From Chrysemys picta bellii (taxonomy: Eukaryota): a stretch of 64,000 nt of DNA. Shown here piece after piece: positions 52,391 through 64,000 of this stretch (positions are counted from its first letter, which is position 1; every line of letters starts with the position of its first letter). Made by a program: the position numbers and the translations under genes. The notes beneath the pieces are model-generated. The model ran no database searches. It was not told where the DNA came from and saw nothing but the letters and a program-made list of their open reading frames with translations. The stretch spans positions 196,912,001 to 196,976,000 of the forward strand of contig NC_088793.1 in NCBI RefSeq assembly GCF_011386835.1, written 5' to 3'.

Positions 52391-52937
52391 CAGGGGTCTC
52401 AAAGTCCCGGCCCGCAGGCCATCTGCAGCCTGAGAACCTCCCCACTGGGGCCTGCAGAGGAGAGACACATGCTGCCACGCTGCCGGCTCTGTCTGCTGCA
52501 GGCGCCGCCCCCCCGCAGCTCCCATTGGCTGGGGGAGTGGGACAGAGATACCATCACTAGTCGCCAGGCAGAGTCAGCCATGGAGGCAGGGTCACTTTTT
52601 TCCACAATGAATATAAACAAGTCAAAATACTGACCACAGCTATTTGATGCACACCTTGCTGCAATCCTGACAGTTTCAACTGCTCGGTCACTGAGGCCAA
52701 ACATCAACAAACTGACAGAACTGAAGCGTTGCCAGGTGTCTGGCAAACACTAAAAACTCTCTGGCAGGTGAAGAATTGTATAATGACAGTTTTATTATTT
52801 CTAAGAAATTTGAAATAAAAAAATACAATATAAACATTTTATTTTCTGAACACCATCTTCAGTGATATTATTGACCCGCTGGGAGGATTTGAGGACTGGC
52901 ACTGGCCCTAAGGTAAATTGAGTTTGAGACCCCCCTG
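52391..52937 (+). mobile_element. Internally deleted hAT-Charlie element retaining the transposase C-terminus
   Basis: TIRs caggggtctcaaa / tttgagacccccctg; TSD ttataaac / ctttaaac. The segment at about 52590-52752 reads FSTMNINKSKY*PQLFDAHLAAILTVSTARSLRPNINKLTELKRCQVSGKH*, similar to SPIN/GTF2IRD2-type hAT dimerisation-domain tails. Confidence 0.8.
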
Positions 52938-55302
52938 CTTTAAACGAACTCGCTTATGATCGAGTATATACAGTAATTAAAATTTTCAACAGCATCTTTA
53001 AATTTTTCTGTGTAATCAATCACTAGCTTTATTATCATACACATTTTAGACTAAGATTAAGAGAATAATAAAACTGCTTTGCCATTTTAGCTCTTAGAAT
53101 ATTCGAGATGGGGGGAGCTCAGTTTTAACCAAGATCCTAGCTGAAAAACAAGTATTCTACAGTATGTTGTACGTAAACTACTTATTTTAATGAAACAAAA
53201 AATTAATTTCTTCGTCAACCTAGCTGTGCTATTCCTTGGATATTGAGACAAGACATATGAGGCTGCATATGCAGGAAACTACAGCTAGCTCCTGAAGTTA
53301 CCCCATAATTTGATTTGTAAAGGTGTATTTCTTTTGGTGAGATTTACTTAATAGCTACATCCTGACTCCTATTCATTTTTTCAGGAACTCCTGCTGATAT
53401 GGTAAGTCTAGGTTTTATGGCCTTACTGTCACTTAAAACTAGCTGCTAGAATAAGTCCAAAACTAAAGGGCAAGAAATCCAACATATAATTCCATGGACC
53501 TCAAAACCCCACCAAATCCTCAAAAAGCATCTATCAAAGTGATTTCAATCCAATGATTCAGTACAAAGTCAAAAGATGTAAGCTGTTCTAATCCAATGCT
53601 TTCAGCTTCTTAAAACCCAGCCTCCACTGCTAGTTGCCAGGGCCCAGCTGACATGTTCTTCAAAGAACGGAAGCAAGAGAGCTCAGCAATGCCTAGCGAC
53701 AGGGCTCTTCAGTGGTTTTCAAACTGACAGCTGTTTGCTTTGGGCTTATATACTACAAAAACAACTCAGGAGGCGAATAACAAACGGCACCATGTTCCAG
53801 TCCAGGAGTTTTTATTACAATGAGTTTAGTTCTGGGCAAGCTGCCACAATCAGCACATTTTGACAGGAAATTCACTGACTATGTATTTTTTCTTAAACAG
53901 TATGCAGGATTTATGCTACTCCTGAGCAAGATACATAGAACACCTATGGCTGTATATAGCACAATTTTATCATCTCATCAAAAACTGATTTTTTTAAATT
54001 TATGAAGAGATTGTCCAACTTGCTTTTACCTCTCTGCAAGGTAATGAAATAGATAAGTTTCATTCCTCTGTCTAAACCCCCAAATTAATTTAAAGTATAT
54101 TTAACAGGTTGTGTACCTCATCATATCTTTTCACTGTCAGACTCCTGTTTTGGGATTATGTAGGACTGCATCAGAAGGCGGACAATGTACTGATGCTAGT
54201 GGCAAAATACTTTTCAGGGAAGGCTATTAGCAGAGTATGGTTATTTCTTAGGAAGTAATTGCTTGTTTCTATTAATTTTCATCAGTGTCATAACATTAAA
54301 GCTAAATATCAAGTCAAATACATATAACTTCACATACTTTATTGTCATTTTAACAAATTACTCTGTGGAAAAAAAAAATGTGTCCTGACTTTAAATTTTC
54401 TTGTACAACTCCCTACAATGGTACTGGCAGAAGTGAAGAAAAAGCAGCTGCTTAAAGACTGACAAAGATTAAAGGAATGCATAAAAAAAGCAGAAATAGT
54501 TTGCTTGTAGGGTCCAATCCTGCCCTCCATTATGTGGCTTACATATCTTGAAAACTCATGTAAGCACACATACACGGGCTTGAACAGCAGCAATTTTTCT
54601 AAGATGTTCAGGGACACAAGCCACACAGAGGGCAAGATGGAGCTGTTAAAAGATGCTGAAAGTACCAGCTTCTGTACCTTTAAAGTATGGGCAGCTTGCC
54701 CAATGTGCAAGAAATTAACAAGTCTCAGAATGTGGAGACATTTTTACAGCTGCTCTCATCAACTGAATTTCAAACTGAGCTGCTCCTTTCAGAATAGTTT
54801 CACAATCCTGCCACTGAATATGCTATTCCACCCTGCTGCTGCCACCTGTTCTCTCTCCACTGCCTACATCCAGTTCCTCCACTCCCAGCTCTGCATTTCT
54901 GAAGATGAAGAAACAGCCAAGTCAAGCAGAACAAGCACGCGTGAATCAGCCAAAGCACTGCAAACTCCAGCATGAACCACCCTCCGCATAGTGTGCTGAA
55001 CATGAATTCAGGAAGTAAGGAGGGATGGAATTTTGCCAGAAGAGAAGGGATTCTCTCTAGACGCTGCTGTGTGTGTTATACTACCATTTCTCCTGACTCT
55101 GCCTGGCTTATGTATAACTGCACTTGCTTGTTTCCTTGAGCCACCACCCTAAGCACTGAACTGCGGAAAGGGGACAAGTGCAGGTGACAACTCCTGTTAT
55201 TTACAGACAATTACAAAAATACCTTTCTGCATCCCCCCATGCACCCTCCAGCTCAGCCAGTGCCCCCCAACTCCCTGCAACTCAACCACTGTACACTCCA
55301 AC

Positions 55303-55821
55303 CAGAGGTTAAAGTAAGCTGGTCTGGTCCAGTATGGCATACCGGTAAAAAAAGCCGACCATACCAGCTGGGCCACTGATGGGGGGGGAGGGGGGGGGAG
55401 GGGGCAGCTGCTCTGGGGCCCAGTGATTTAAAAGGGCCCAGGGCTCCTGGAAGCGGCTGGAGGCCCTGGCCCTTTAAATCGCCGCCAGAGTCCTGGGGCT
55501 CCGACAGCAATTTAAAGGGCCCAGGGCTCCAGCTGGAGTGGTAGCAGTGGCCGGGAGCCCCGGACCCTTTAAATTACTGCCGGAGCTGCTACCGCGGCAG
55601 CAGCCAGAGCCCCCGGCCCTTTAAATTGCCACCAGAGCCCCAGGCAGCACAGGCCAGGCAGGGCTAGCTGAGGGGCCAGTTATGTCCAAGGCCCCTCCCC
55701 TCCCACCCAAGGCTTTGCCCCTTCCGGGGGCCCAGAGCCGCCTCACCACCACCCCCCCGCACCTTGCCAAGGACCCCAGCTGCCCTGCGTACTGGTAAGT
55801 CCCTTAACTTACTTTCACCTG
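55303..55821. mobile_element. GC-rich hAT-like MITE with internal tttaaagggccc repeats
   Basis: Ends cagaggttaaagtaag / cttactttcacctg; repeated inverted gggccctttaaat units inside. Confidence 0.65.
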
Positions 55822-55849
55822 TTTCACCCCAGGCCATTGAACATCCAGT

Positions 55850-56700
55850 TCACGGCGCTGCAGTGGGGCTTGCAGGCTCCCTGCTAGCGCCACAGCTCCC
55901 GGGTCCGGAAGCAGCTGGCATGTCCGGCTCCTAGCCTTAGGGGCTGCCAGGGGGGGGTCCTCATGCTGCCCCCCCACCGCTCCCCGCCCACAAGCACACC
56001 TCCCATTGGCTGGGTCAGAGCAGGGAAGTAACTAGCCCCACTCACGAGCGCTCAGTAGGCGGCTGTTGAGGGGTCGCGTGGCACACGCTTCTCCCGCTGC
56101 TGCCTGGCCCCCTTCTCCTCACGCTCCTCCTGTGGCTGGAATCGAGCTGCAGCGCGTGCCCTGCTGTGAACTGTGATGTCACCCCCATTCCCTCCTCACT
56201 GCATCCCTCTCTACCCAACCATCCTGCTCCCCATCTCCCCCTCACTGCATCCCTCCCCGCCCAATCATCCTGCCCCCCATCTTCCCCTCACTACATCCCT
56301 CTCCGTCCCACCCCCTGCCCCACCTCCCCGTCCCATGCCTGTATCCCTTACAGCGCTCTCCCACCCATCCTCTCCACCACCCCCCTATCCCTCACCCCCT
56401 ACACCCAAGCCCCATTCATCTCCATACACTGCTGCACTCCCATTATGTCCCTATACACCCCTGTGTCCCCCACATCCTCCTGCACCGGTAGCCATCTGCC
56501 TTCCCCCTATATCCCCATCCACTCCATATACCCCCCACACCTCCTCCTCTCTCCTTCACTGTCCCCTCTCACCCCCACCCTGCTCTCATCCTTGGCCTCT
56601 TTCCCTCCCCATCCTCTCTCCTCCATCCCCACAACTCCCCCATCTTTTCCCCTCCAGCCCATCTCCTCCCTTCCCGGCTGGGTGATTTAAGCAGCCCCTG
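55850..56700. mobile_element. MITE remnant with long C/T-rich low-complexity tract
   Basis: Right end gcagcccctg; cccattggc and gcagctggcatgtcc motifs shared with other turtle MITEs here. It explains the Pro-rich ORFs 56166..56690 and 56173..56685. Confidence 0.5.
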
Positions 56701-59260
56701 GAAAAGTGTATGAAAAAGTGTCTCTGTGTAGGCAAGTGTGTGCATGCATGCATTGTATGTGTGTATACTGTGTGTCTTTGTGTAGGGAGATGCGTGTATT
56801 GCCGCAAGTGTGTATACGTGTGTGAATAAAATTTGCAGTCTAACTCTGACTTTTATTATTTTTGCTGGCTTGCGCACAAAAAGATTGATGACAAAATATG
56901 TGTGTATTCATTTCATAAGTTTTAAAAAGAGACGGGAACTCTAAAATAAATTTATTGTTTCTTAAAAAGTGAATGTTGTTGACTAGTAATTGCAGAAGAG
57001 CCAGTGGATCAGACATTTCTCCCCACCTTTGTCTAGCTACGTTATAAACTCTGTGTTGCAGACTCTCTCTTTTTATGTGTATGTCCAACATCTACCACCC
57101 TGCAGTCCTGATCTTAGTTGGGGTCTCTAGGCACTAAACAACAATTGTAATAATAAACAATGAGGAAGTATGTGTGTTAGGGCATGCTAGATGTGTACAC
57201 ATGAATACACGTGTGTATCTGCATCTTGGTGTGGGAGTCGGTTTCTACAGATTTATTTTTATAGGTATCTGGACAGGTGTGCATTTCTGTGGTTGTGCTC
57301 TGTGGATTTGTATTTGGGCGTTAGGAGTGGTTCTTTAATGGACCCATTGCAGCTGTGATACATTTCCTAGTTTTCAGAAGTTTGAGTTGCTCAATTCAAT
57401 GTTCTGCAAGGGGACAACACACGACCAACCAACCAATCTTAACTCTACGTTAACTTATTTTGTCATTGAATTTATCATGAAAGCAAATACCCTCTGTGAC
57501 GCTGGCAAACCAGGTGCCAGCTCAGATCAAAACCCCAGACCAATTCACTTGTGTTTTAGTGTAGATCAAAGTATTAAATGTTTGTGCGTATTCAGATGTT
57601 TAAAACTAGTGAAATGTTACTTGTATTGTTCTCACGTATCTGTTCTTGTTATAATGTAATAGCAAACATTTACATTGTGTATACCCAAGTAACGAAATAA
57701 GCCATCAAAGAAATTTTGTGAAATACTAATTAAGGACTTAAGCAGACTTTAACAGAAAATGCTAATTTCAATGCAAGTGGCTGTTATGTAAGATGGTTGC
57801 AATTCCTCACTCATCATCATGAAAGGAAAAGCTCACATGGGTAGAAACGCTGAGATAGGCACTCACAGTTGAGAGCCATTCCAGACAGCGTGGCACCATC
57901 TTCTACTCAAACACTAACTTTCAGACGCAATAATTGTTCAGGTAGGTCAAACTACCCAACTCTGAAGGTATAATTTGTGGTAATCATAAAATTTAAGGAA
58001 AAGTGTCATGATAGACCCCTCACAGAAGATGATAAAACGGGACCCCTCACAGAAGAAGATAAAATGGCAACCTGAGTAATCAACATAAATTCAGGACTTA
58101 AAAGTCCCACAAGCTTGGCTTTCAGGGGGCAGGTAAATATATAAATTGACACTGTTCCACAAATCTCAGGACAGCTGACAACTCTATCTGGCTATTTCTC
58201 TATCTTGGAAGGTGAAGGTATTGTGCCTAAATTCAGCTCTGAGATTAACTCTCTCAGTCCAGAACCTTTGCAACAAAAGGCAAACTGCCAATTCTCCCCA
58301 GACTGGTTGGAACAGGATAGAACGGTATTTGATCAATGAACATCCACTAGGAATTAGGCTAAGACTGTTCAGCTCTTATTCTCTCATGGCCTAAACCAGA
58401 TTTGACCTATTGTGAGGTGGACTGGCCCTCCCCAGACACAGAGGAAGAGGGTGGCTCCACCCCCTCGTGGGCAGAGCCCTACCCTCATCTCTGCCCCTGG
58501 AAGCCAAGGGGCAGGGCCAGAAGTATAAAGGCGGAGCCTGGACGCTCAGTAGGGGCCCAGCTACTGGAGGGGACAGATGCATTCTCTGAGCACTCGCCCT
58601 GGGAGACAGCAGCAGGCCCACAGAGTGCAGATGACTGGCCCGGACCGCCTGGACCCTGGACTGACCTGATCCCAGGGGAAGCAGACGACTGGCCAGGACC
58701 ACACGGACTCCTGGAAGAACTGGCCCTACAGGAAGCAGACAACTGGCCCGGACCACCCGGCTCCCTGGATGACCCGACCCTGCAGGAGACAGACAGCTGG
58801 CCCGGACCACTGGCTGGCCCAACCCCGGCAGCGATTCTGATGGCAACTTAGGCCCCTACCGATCACCTTACCTCACCAGACCAGCAGGTATCCTTGGAGG
58901 GGGAGTGTGGAAGTGGCCTAGGGGTAGCAGACCCCTGTCTGGCTGCAACGCTGGCAGAGGGTGAGTCAGTGTGTTGCAGCTTGGATCCCTGCTGACAAGG
59001 TAGCAGACCCCTTCGCCACCCTTAAGGCTCTGGGCTGGGAGGGCCTGCGTCCCCCTGTCACCCAAGTGGTGGGTGGCAGTCTCCCTCTCCCTCAGGCTAG
59101 CTGAAGGAGAGCCTGAGTTAACTGACTTTGTTTGCAACCCCACCTGATGCAGGTTGGAGCTGAGTGACTTTGGTTCCCAACCCGCTCTGAACCAGAGTCT
59201 GGGCTCATTAACTGCTTGCAGCCCCATCTGAGTACGGGCGGAGCAGAGAGACTTTGTTTA

Positions 59261-59744
59261 CTGCAAAAAGCAACAGAGGGTCCTGTGGCACCTTTGAGAC
59301 TAACAGAAGTACTGGGAGCATAAGCTTTCGTGGGTAAGAACCTCACTTCTTCAGATGCAAGTAATGGAAATCTCCAGAGGCAGGTATATATCAGTGTGGA
59401 GATAACGAGGTTAGTTCAATCAGGGAGGGTGAGGTGCTCTGCTAGCAGTTGAGGTGTGAACACCAAGGGAGGAGAAACTGTTTCTGTAGTTGGATAGCCA
59501 TTCACAGTCTTTGTTTAATCCTGATCTGATGGTGTCAAATTTGCAAATGAACTGGAGCTCAGCAGTTTCTCTTTGGAGTCTGGTCCTGAAGTTTTTTTGC
59601 TGTAAGATGGCAACCTTTACATCTGCTATTGTGTGGCCAGGGAGGTTGAAGTGTTCTCCTACAGGTTTTTGTATATTGCCATTCCTGATATCTGACTTGT
59701 GTCCATTTATCCTCTTGCGTAGTGACTGTCCAGTTTGGTCAATG
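59261..59744 (-). mobile_element. 5'-truncated Penelope-like element: GIY-YIG endonuclease C-terminus plus pLTR
   Basis: Uninterrupted frame 59743-59420: IDQTGQSLRKRINGHKSDIRNGNIQKPVGEHFNLPGH...RETAELQFICKFDTIRSGLNKD...*, followed by the pLTR (ttagtctcaaaggtgccacaggaccctctgttgc). Confidence 0.92.
59318..59358 (-). ncRNA. Minimal type I hammerhead ribozyme motif in the Penelope pLTR
   Basis: Minus strand reads GCAU-CUGAAGA-A-GUGAG guucuua CCCAC-GAAA-GCU-U-AUGC: stem I GCAU/AUGC, core CUGANGA...GAAA, palindromic AAGCUU helix III. Confidence 0.75.
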
Positions 59745-60838
59745 CCCCGCTCTGAACCAGAGCCTAGGCTGATTGACTATTTGCAGCTCCATCTGAGTGC
59801 AAGCTTGAGCCATTCTTTGACCGGCCTCACTGATTCCCCCCCACCTGCAGCAAGCGAGGTCCAGAGACCAAGTGAGGTGGACTGGCCCTCCCCGGACCCA
59901 GGCGGTGAGGTACCCCGCCTTCATCCGACTACACACAAAAGGTGAAAGAGTGGATTACTGTTTAATACTTGTTGCATTATTATGCAATTCATGGAATTTG
60001 CAGGTCCTTTCACAAAAAATGTTGCATTGTAAAATCTTTAAGAAAATGTAGCTGTTGTACTGACTAAAAGCTATATTTCTTACAACTTATCTTTAGCATA
60101 TAAAATTAATTAACTCCGTTATTTTACATCAAACTAAGACACTATGAAAAGTTTATTAATAAACTAACAAATTTAACAATACCAAATGTTCCCTTTCAAC
60201 ATCTAGAAGTGTTTTTGAAAATTGAGAGGCTTTTAAAACAAATTTTATAAGACATTTTGCTCCTTCACTAATGATCTATTTAATGCTGCAAAATTATTAG
60301 TTACTAACATGAAACATTTTACATGCTGCTCACCGTGAACACAAAAACAAAAAGTTGTGCCATTCAAAATCAAGGTAAGTCTATCCAGACTCTTACTGCA
60401 AGTCTGAGAAAATTGTAATTAGAATGCTAAACTGTGGATTCCAAGCTATTCTCAAAATCACTTTTGAAACTCCATACATCTATTGTACCATTTATTTGTC
60501 TCCATAGAGAAATTATTCACCAGCCACTGTGCTATTTAATTTTTTATAAATTGCAGAGGATAAAACTCCACTTAATTTTTCTTCATATGTTGCTCCATCA
60601 TTCTGTGTACATAGTGCAGACAGCAAAATTTGTAAATAAAACAGAAAAATAACAAAACTGAATGAAAAACAAAAACAAGTACAGGTTAAGTTAGCATACC
60701 TATGTTAATTAACTACACTATTTTCAAATTAGTTAATCTTTTTCCTGGTTAAATTCTACATATAAAGTACCATAAAGCACCCATAATTAATAATATATTA
60801 AGTACATTACAAAACATAACGCTAATTATTATGGGTGA

Positions 60839-60954
60839 GATTTTTCAAAAGCCTTCACAGTTGACCTAACTTTTCTCCACCCGAGTCTGTAGCAAACCTC
60901 CTATTTACTTCAATGGAAGCAAAGTTAAGTCAACACTGAGTGCTTCTGAAAATC
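60839..60954. repeat. Ancient imperfect palindrome (probable old MITE)
   Basis: Arms gatttttcaaaagc...gttgacctaactt / aagttaagtcaac...gcttctgaaaatc. Confidence 0.5.
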
Positions 60955-62944
60955 CCTCCTGTGCACCTAAGTAAACTAGAACCCCATACTTATCTACAGC
61001 CAGCTCTCTAGTGGAAAGCATGTTAAGTCTCCGCACACATCCTCATCTATGCATATTTTGCAGTTTGTCCTGCAGAACAAACTCATTGTGTCACAAGATT
61101 ATGAACAATCGCACTGTTGAAGGAGAAATAATTTCTAGTAGCCTCAGGTTTCCAGACATTTTAATGCCCTACTTGCAAGATACAGGACTTTTGTGAGGCA
61201 AACAAATTGTATGTGATTGCTTCATGTTTATCATAAGTTTGTCTCAGCCAATTAAAATGAAGAAAAAATAGAAACTGAAATACAGTCATTATAGGTTACA
61301 CGGAATGCACTTGGGACCTGAACTTGCTCCAGTATAAAAACTCCCATAGTCATTGTATAGAAGATAGTTCATAACCGAACATTTTAAGACTCATAATGGA
61401 CAGAAAGGGGGAATTACATTATACCAAAAGGAATTAAGCATATTGCTTGGCAGATTAATCTCATTTAAGTCTTGATATTACCTGGGTTTTATCAGTTCAG
61501 TGAAAATCACTAGGCACAGTAAAGCTAAGATATAGAAGGCCTTATTTCTATTGTGGACGTATTATGTATTGAGAAGAAGAAAAAAGTAATTTTGCTCTGA
61601 CTCGGAGACATGGTCCAATTCCCACTGAATTTGAATGGAGTCTCTCTATTGATTTTAATGGAAGCTAGATGGGGTTCAAGCCACAGAGTAGAAAAGTTTA
61701 AGAAAAGGTAACTCTGTCTGTTTCTGAAGTTGAATAAATAAGCTCAGGAAAAGGGGAAAAACTTGAAAAGTCTGGTGGATTTAAGCATGGTGTGCACAGA
61801 AAAATGTGTTGTTCGGAAAGATTTAACTGCTGCTTCTCTTTTCCAGATGACAGCTATTTTATTGTTCCCTAGAGTTCCTTACAAAGGAGAGAAGGACTCC
61901 AAGTCAATAGTAAGAACTAAGAGATTCAGTATCCAGGATCGGAGCATTTTTATAATCCCAAATATGTTAATTTATGACAAAAGTTTAACTAAATCACAAA
62001 ATAGCTTGCAATGCATACTTTCCAAAAAAATACTATAATCAGCTGTCATTGTATTGCACTTAACATCCATTATACAAAAAAGACAGCATCTTAATTGAAA
62101 TTACATCAAGTTTAATTAAATCTTTAAAATATATTGTTTAATTCAATAAATTAAATATTAATTAAAACTCACAGTGCCTGATGGCTCCATATTATCTGGA
62201 CATTGCTGCTTTTCTTTAATTTGTGATGGTAATTAAGGGACCGTATTTAAAATGAATTCATTTAATTTTACAATTTTCAGTTCAGTATACGAGCAAGAAA
62301 GTTAACAGAACCTCTTAACTTTGTCCTCAGTTAATCAATCCAAGATATAAATTGAAACAACGCACTAATGGTTAATTTTAAATAAATGCCTTGAGCTTTG
62401 CCCTCAGTCTGAATCGGTCAGCAGCAGACAGCTAGTGGGGCGCTAACTCACATTTCATTAATGTTATTTTTTAATTATAACCTTATTTGAAAGAAAGGGA
62501 ACATAAAGAGAAACCAACATTTAATTACTGAGTCTGAGAAACAGAGACCATAAAAGGTTCTTCATGCTAGTAACTCAAGCTACTCTTCATGTGGGCCATA
62601 ATTTTGATATATATATATATATATAAACCGTTTACATTCTTTTTCCTCTGGGTTTCACCACGGTATATTTCTACAATACCTTGTACTCAGAAGATATGTG
62701 AGTGTTTACACAATTTTCTCATCACTTTTGTGATACAGGTAAACACCACAATTTTAGTTAGGAGTTTTTTACTTAAGTGACTTGCCCAAGGTCATATAGC
62801 AATTCAGTGCCAGGAATAAAGTCTAGATCTCCTTTTCCCCTCATGCTTAATCATAAGTTTTAACTACAAGATCCCTGTCTTAGTTAGAGGGCTAGCTGCA
62901 CTTCTGCTCCTTTTCTAGTCTCTCTGAATGCACCTTCCATCAGC

Positions 62945-63500
62945 TGTTAGGTCACATGCTTTTACCTATCCCAGGATGGAAACCTAAAATTTCCCACTCG
63001 TACACCAGGCCATGGCCTACAGTATCCTGCATATCAACCATCCTTACCCCGCAGTTCTGATTGGGTTCAGTACCTGTGGCTCTTCCCTTCAGATGCCTAC
63101 AATCAGTGGTGTAATACAATAACAAGACAGCTTTCTCCAAACCACAGTATTGTTTATTTTAACAGCTGGAACAACTGTTAGAGAAAAAATGATTTTACAA
63201 CAGTCTACACAAGTTTATTTTACTAAAGGTTTACTACCACCCAATGATGACCAAGGCAGGTTTAAATCCCACAGACACCCCCAGCAAGTGTCAGTCTCTG
63301 AGTCTGGTTGCCTCAAACAACTCCCCATTCATGAGACAGTGTTCCTTTTTATACCAGACACAGTTCTTTGGATACACAGTGTGCATAGGCCTGTTCCTGT
63401 ACAGGCATTGTCTCTTAACAACCCACAAGTGTTTGCAGAAAAGGGGCTTATCCTGCGTCACACTCTCTCTCCTGCTTGTGGGTTTTCCCCCCCTTATGGC
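62945..63500 (-). mobile_element. Probable LTR remnant
   Basis: Higher-GC block starting tgttagg, with tgtttatt motifs (reverse poly(A) signal) typical of antisense turtle LTRs; boundaries uncertain. Confidence 0.35.
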
Positions 63501-64000
63501 CCCCCCTCTAAACTAAACTAATATAGTAATAAAGTAAAAATCCCAAAACGCTAAATCAACATACAGTGGGACTGCTTGTATAAGAAAATACTCACCACAG
63601 TACTGCCCTTTATCCATTTGGGGAGGGACATGTCACGCGCATGTGTTTATGAACCTCTGCTGTGTTGTACAAAGGCCAGCATTTGCAATCCTTACTCCAG
63701 CTGAGAAGTACCTTACTGCACAGCAGGTGCTATTGACAGGAATGGCAGTACTTGTAGAGTAAGGCACTATTTAAGGAGAAAAGGGAGGCACAATCCCTCG
63801 CTTTCATGCCATGGAAAGAAAAGGAACCTCTGCTTTGCTCCCACAATGTTAACACTTCTCTCTCTACTTGTTAAAACTATTTTGAGTGGGAGCACCTGGG
63901 ATAGAGCATAAGCTAAAAATGCCATTCAAACAAGACCGGAGAGGCATCTCTTGGAACGGATAAAGCTGGGTATACACGGGGCATGGAGAGGCTTTTCCTT

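Larger units (their letters stand above)
58411..59935 (+). mobile_element. LTR-like element (TG...CA) interrupted by a Penelope insertion
   Basis: Abrupt GC-rich block starting tgtgagg and ending ...ctacaca; TATA-like agtataaa near 58523; 22-bp direct repeat near both ends; internal tandem repeats; no clear TSD. Confidence 0.55.

Noticed and set aside
50053-52746. Cluster of GC-rich ORFs, including 226 aa at 50974
   Set aside because: Low-complexity interiors of MITEs. Only the short transposase tail at about 52590-52752 is meaningful.
54345-55003. Overlapping 147-aa and 121-aa ORFs
   Set aside because: No domain, splice bracket or codon pattern; consistent with chance.
56166-56690. Two overlapping ~170-aa Pro-rich ORFs
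   Set aside because: C/T-rich low-complexity tract.
58014-58066. 28-bp tandem duplication (gacccctcacagaagatgataaaa)
   Set aside because: A simple two-copy slippage duplication with no further structure.
1-64000. CRISPR arrays, prokaryotic operons or endogenous viral genes
   Set aside because: No repeat-spacer array and no viral or bacterial ORFs. All long homologies trace to FLRT3 or eukaryotic transposons.

Overview
Vertebrate genomic DNA, almost certainly turtle: it carries a tRNA-derived tortoise-type SINE, CR1 LINEs, a Penelope element, hAT and Harbinger MITEs and a Chapaev3 transposon. There is one well-supported protein-coding gene, FLRT3, with the whole CDS in one exon (39960-41909, + strand, 649 aa). 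The ORF track's 693-aa call starts 44 codons early, inside the intron. Probable 5'-UTR exons end at 29402 and 38502. In other vertebrates FLRT3 is nested antisense in a large MACROD2 intron, but no canonical MACROD2 exon is recognisable here. The rest is AT-rich intronic DNA with many transposon relics: a decayed Ngaro-type tyrosine-recombinase retrotransposon with an SGNH-hydrolase remnant, a terminally intact but inactivated Chapaev3, a Penelope fragment with a hammerhead ribozyme, nested CR1/hAT stacks, and an LTR-like element with a 54-bp repeat that looks coding. There is one 132-N assembly gap. I cannot claim a new biological system. The best unexplained signals are a 255-nt open, symmetric-phase candidate exon on the minus strand (47381-47635) and the synonymously diverged 18-aa repeat at 58633-58809. 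Family assignments come from recalled motifs, not database searches.
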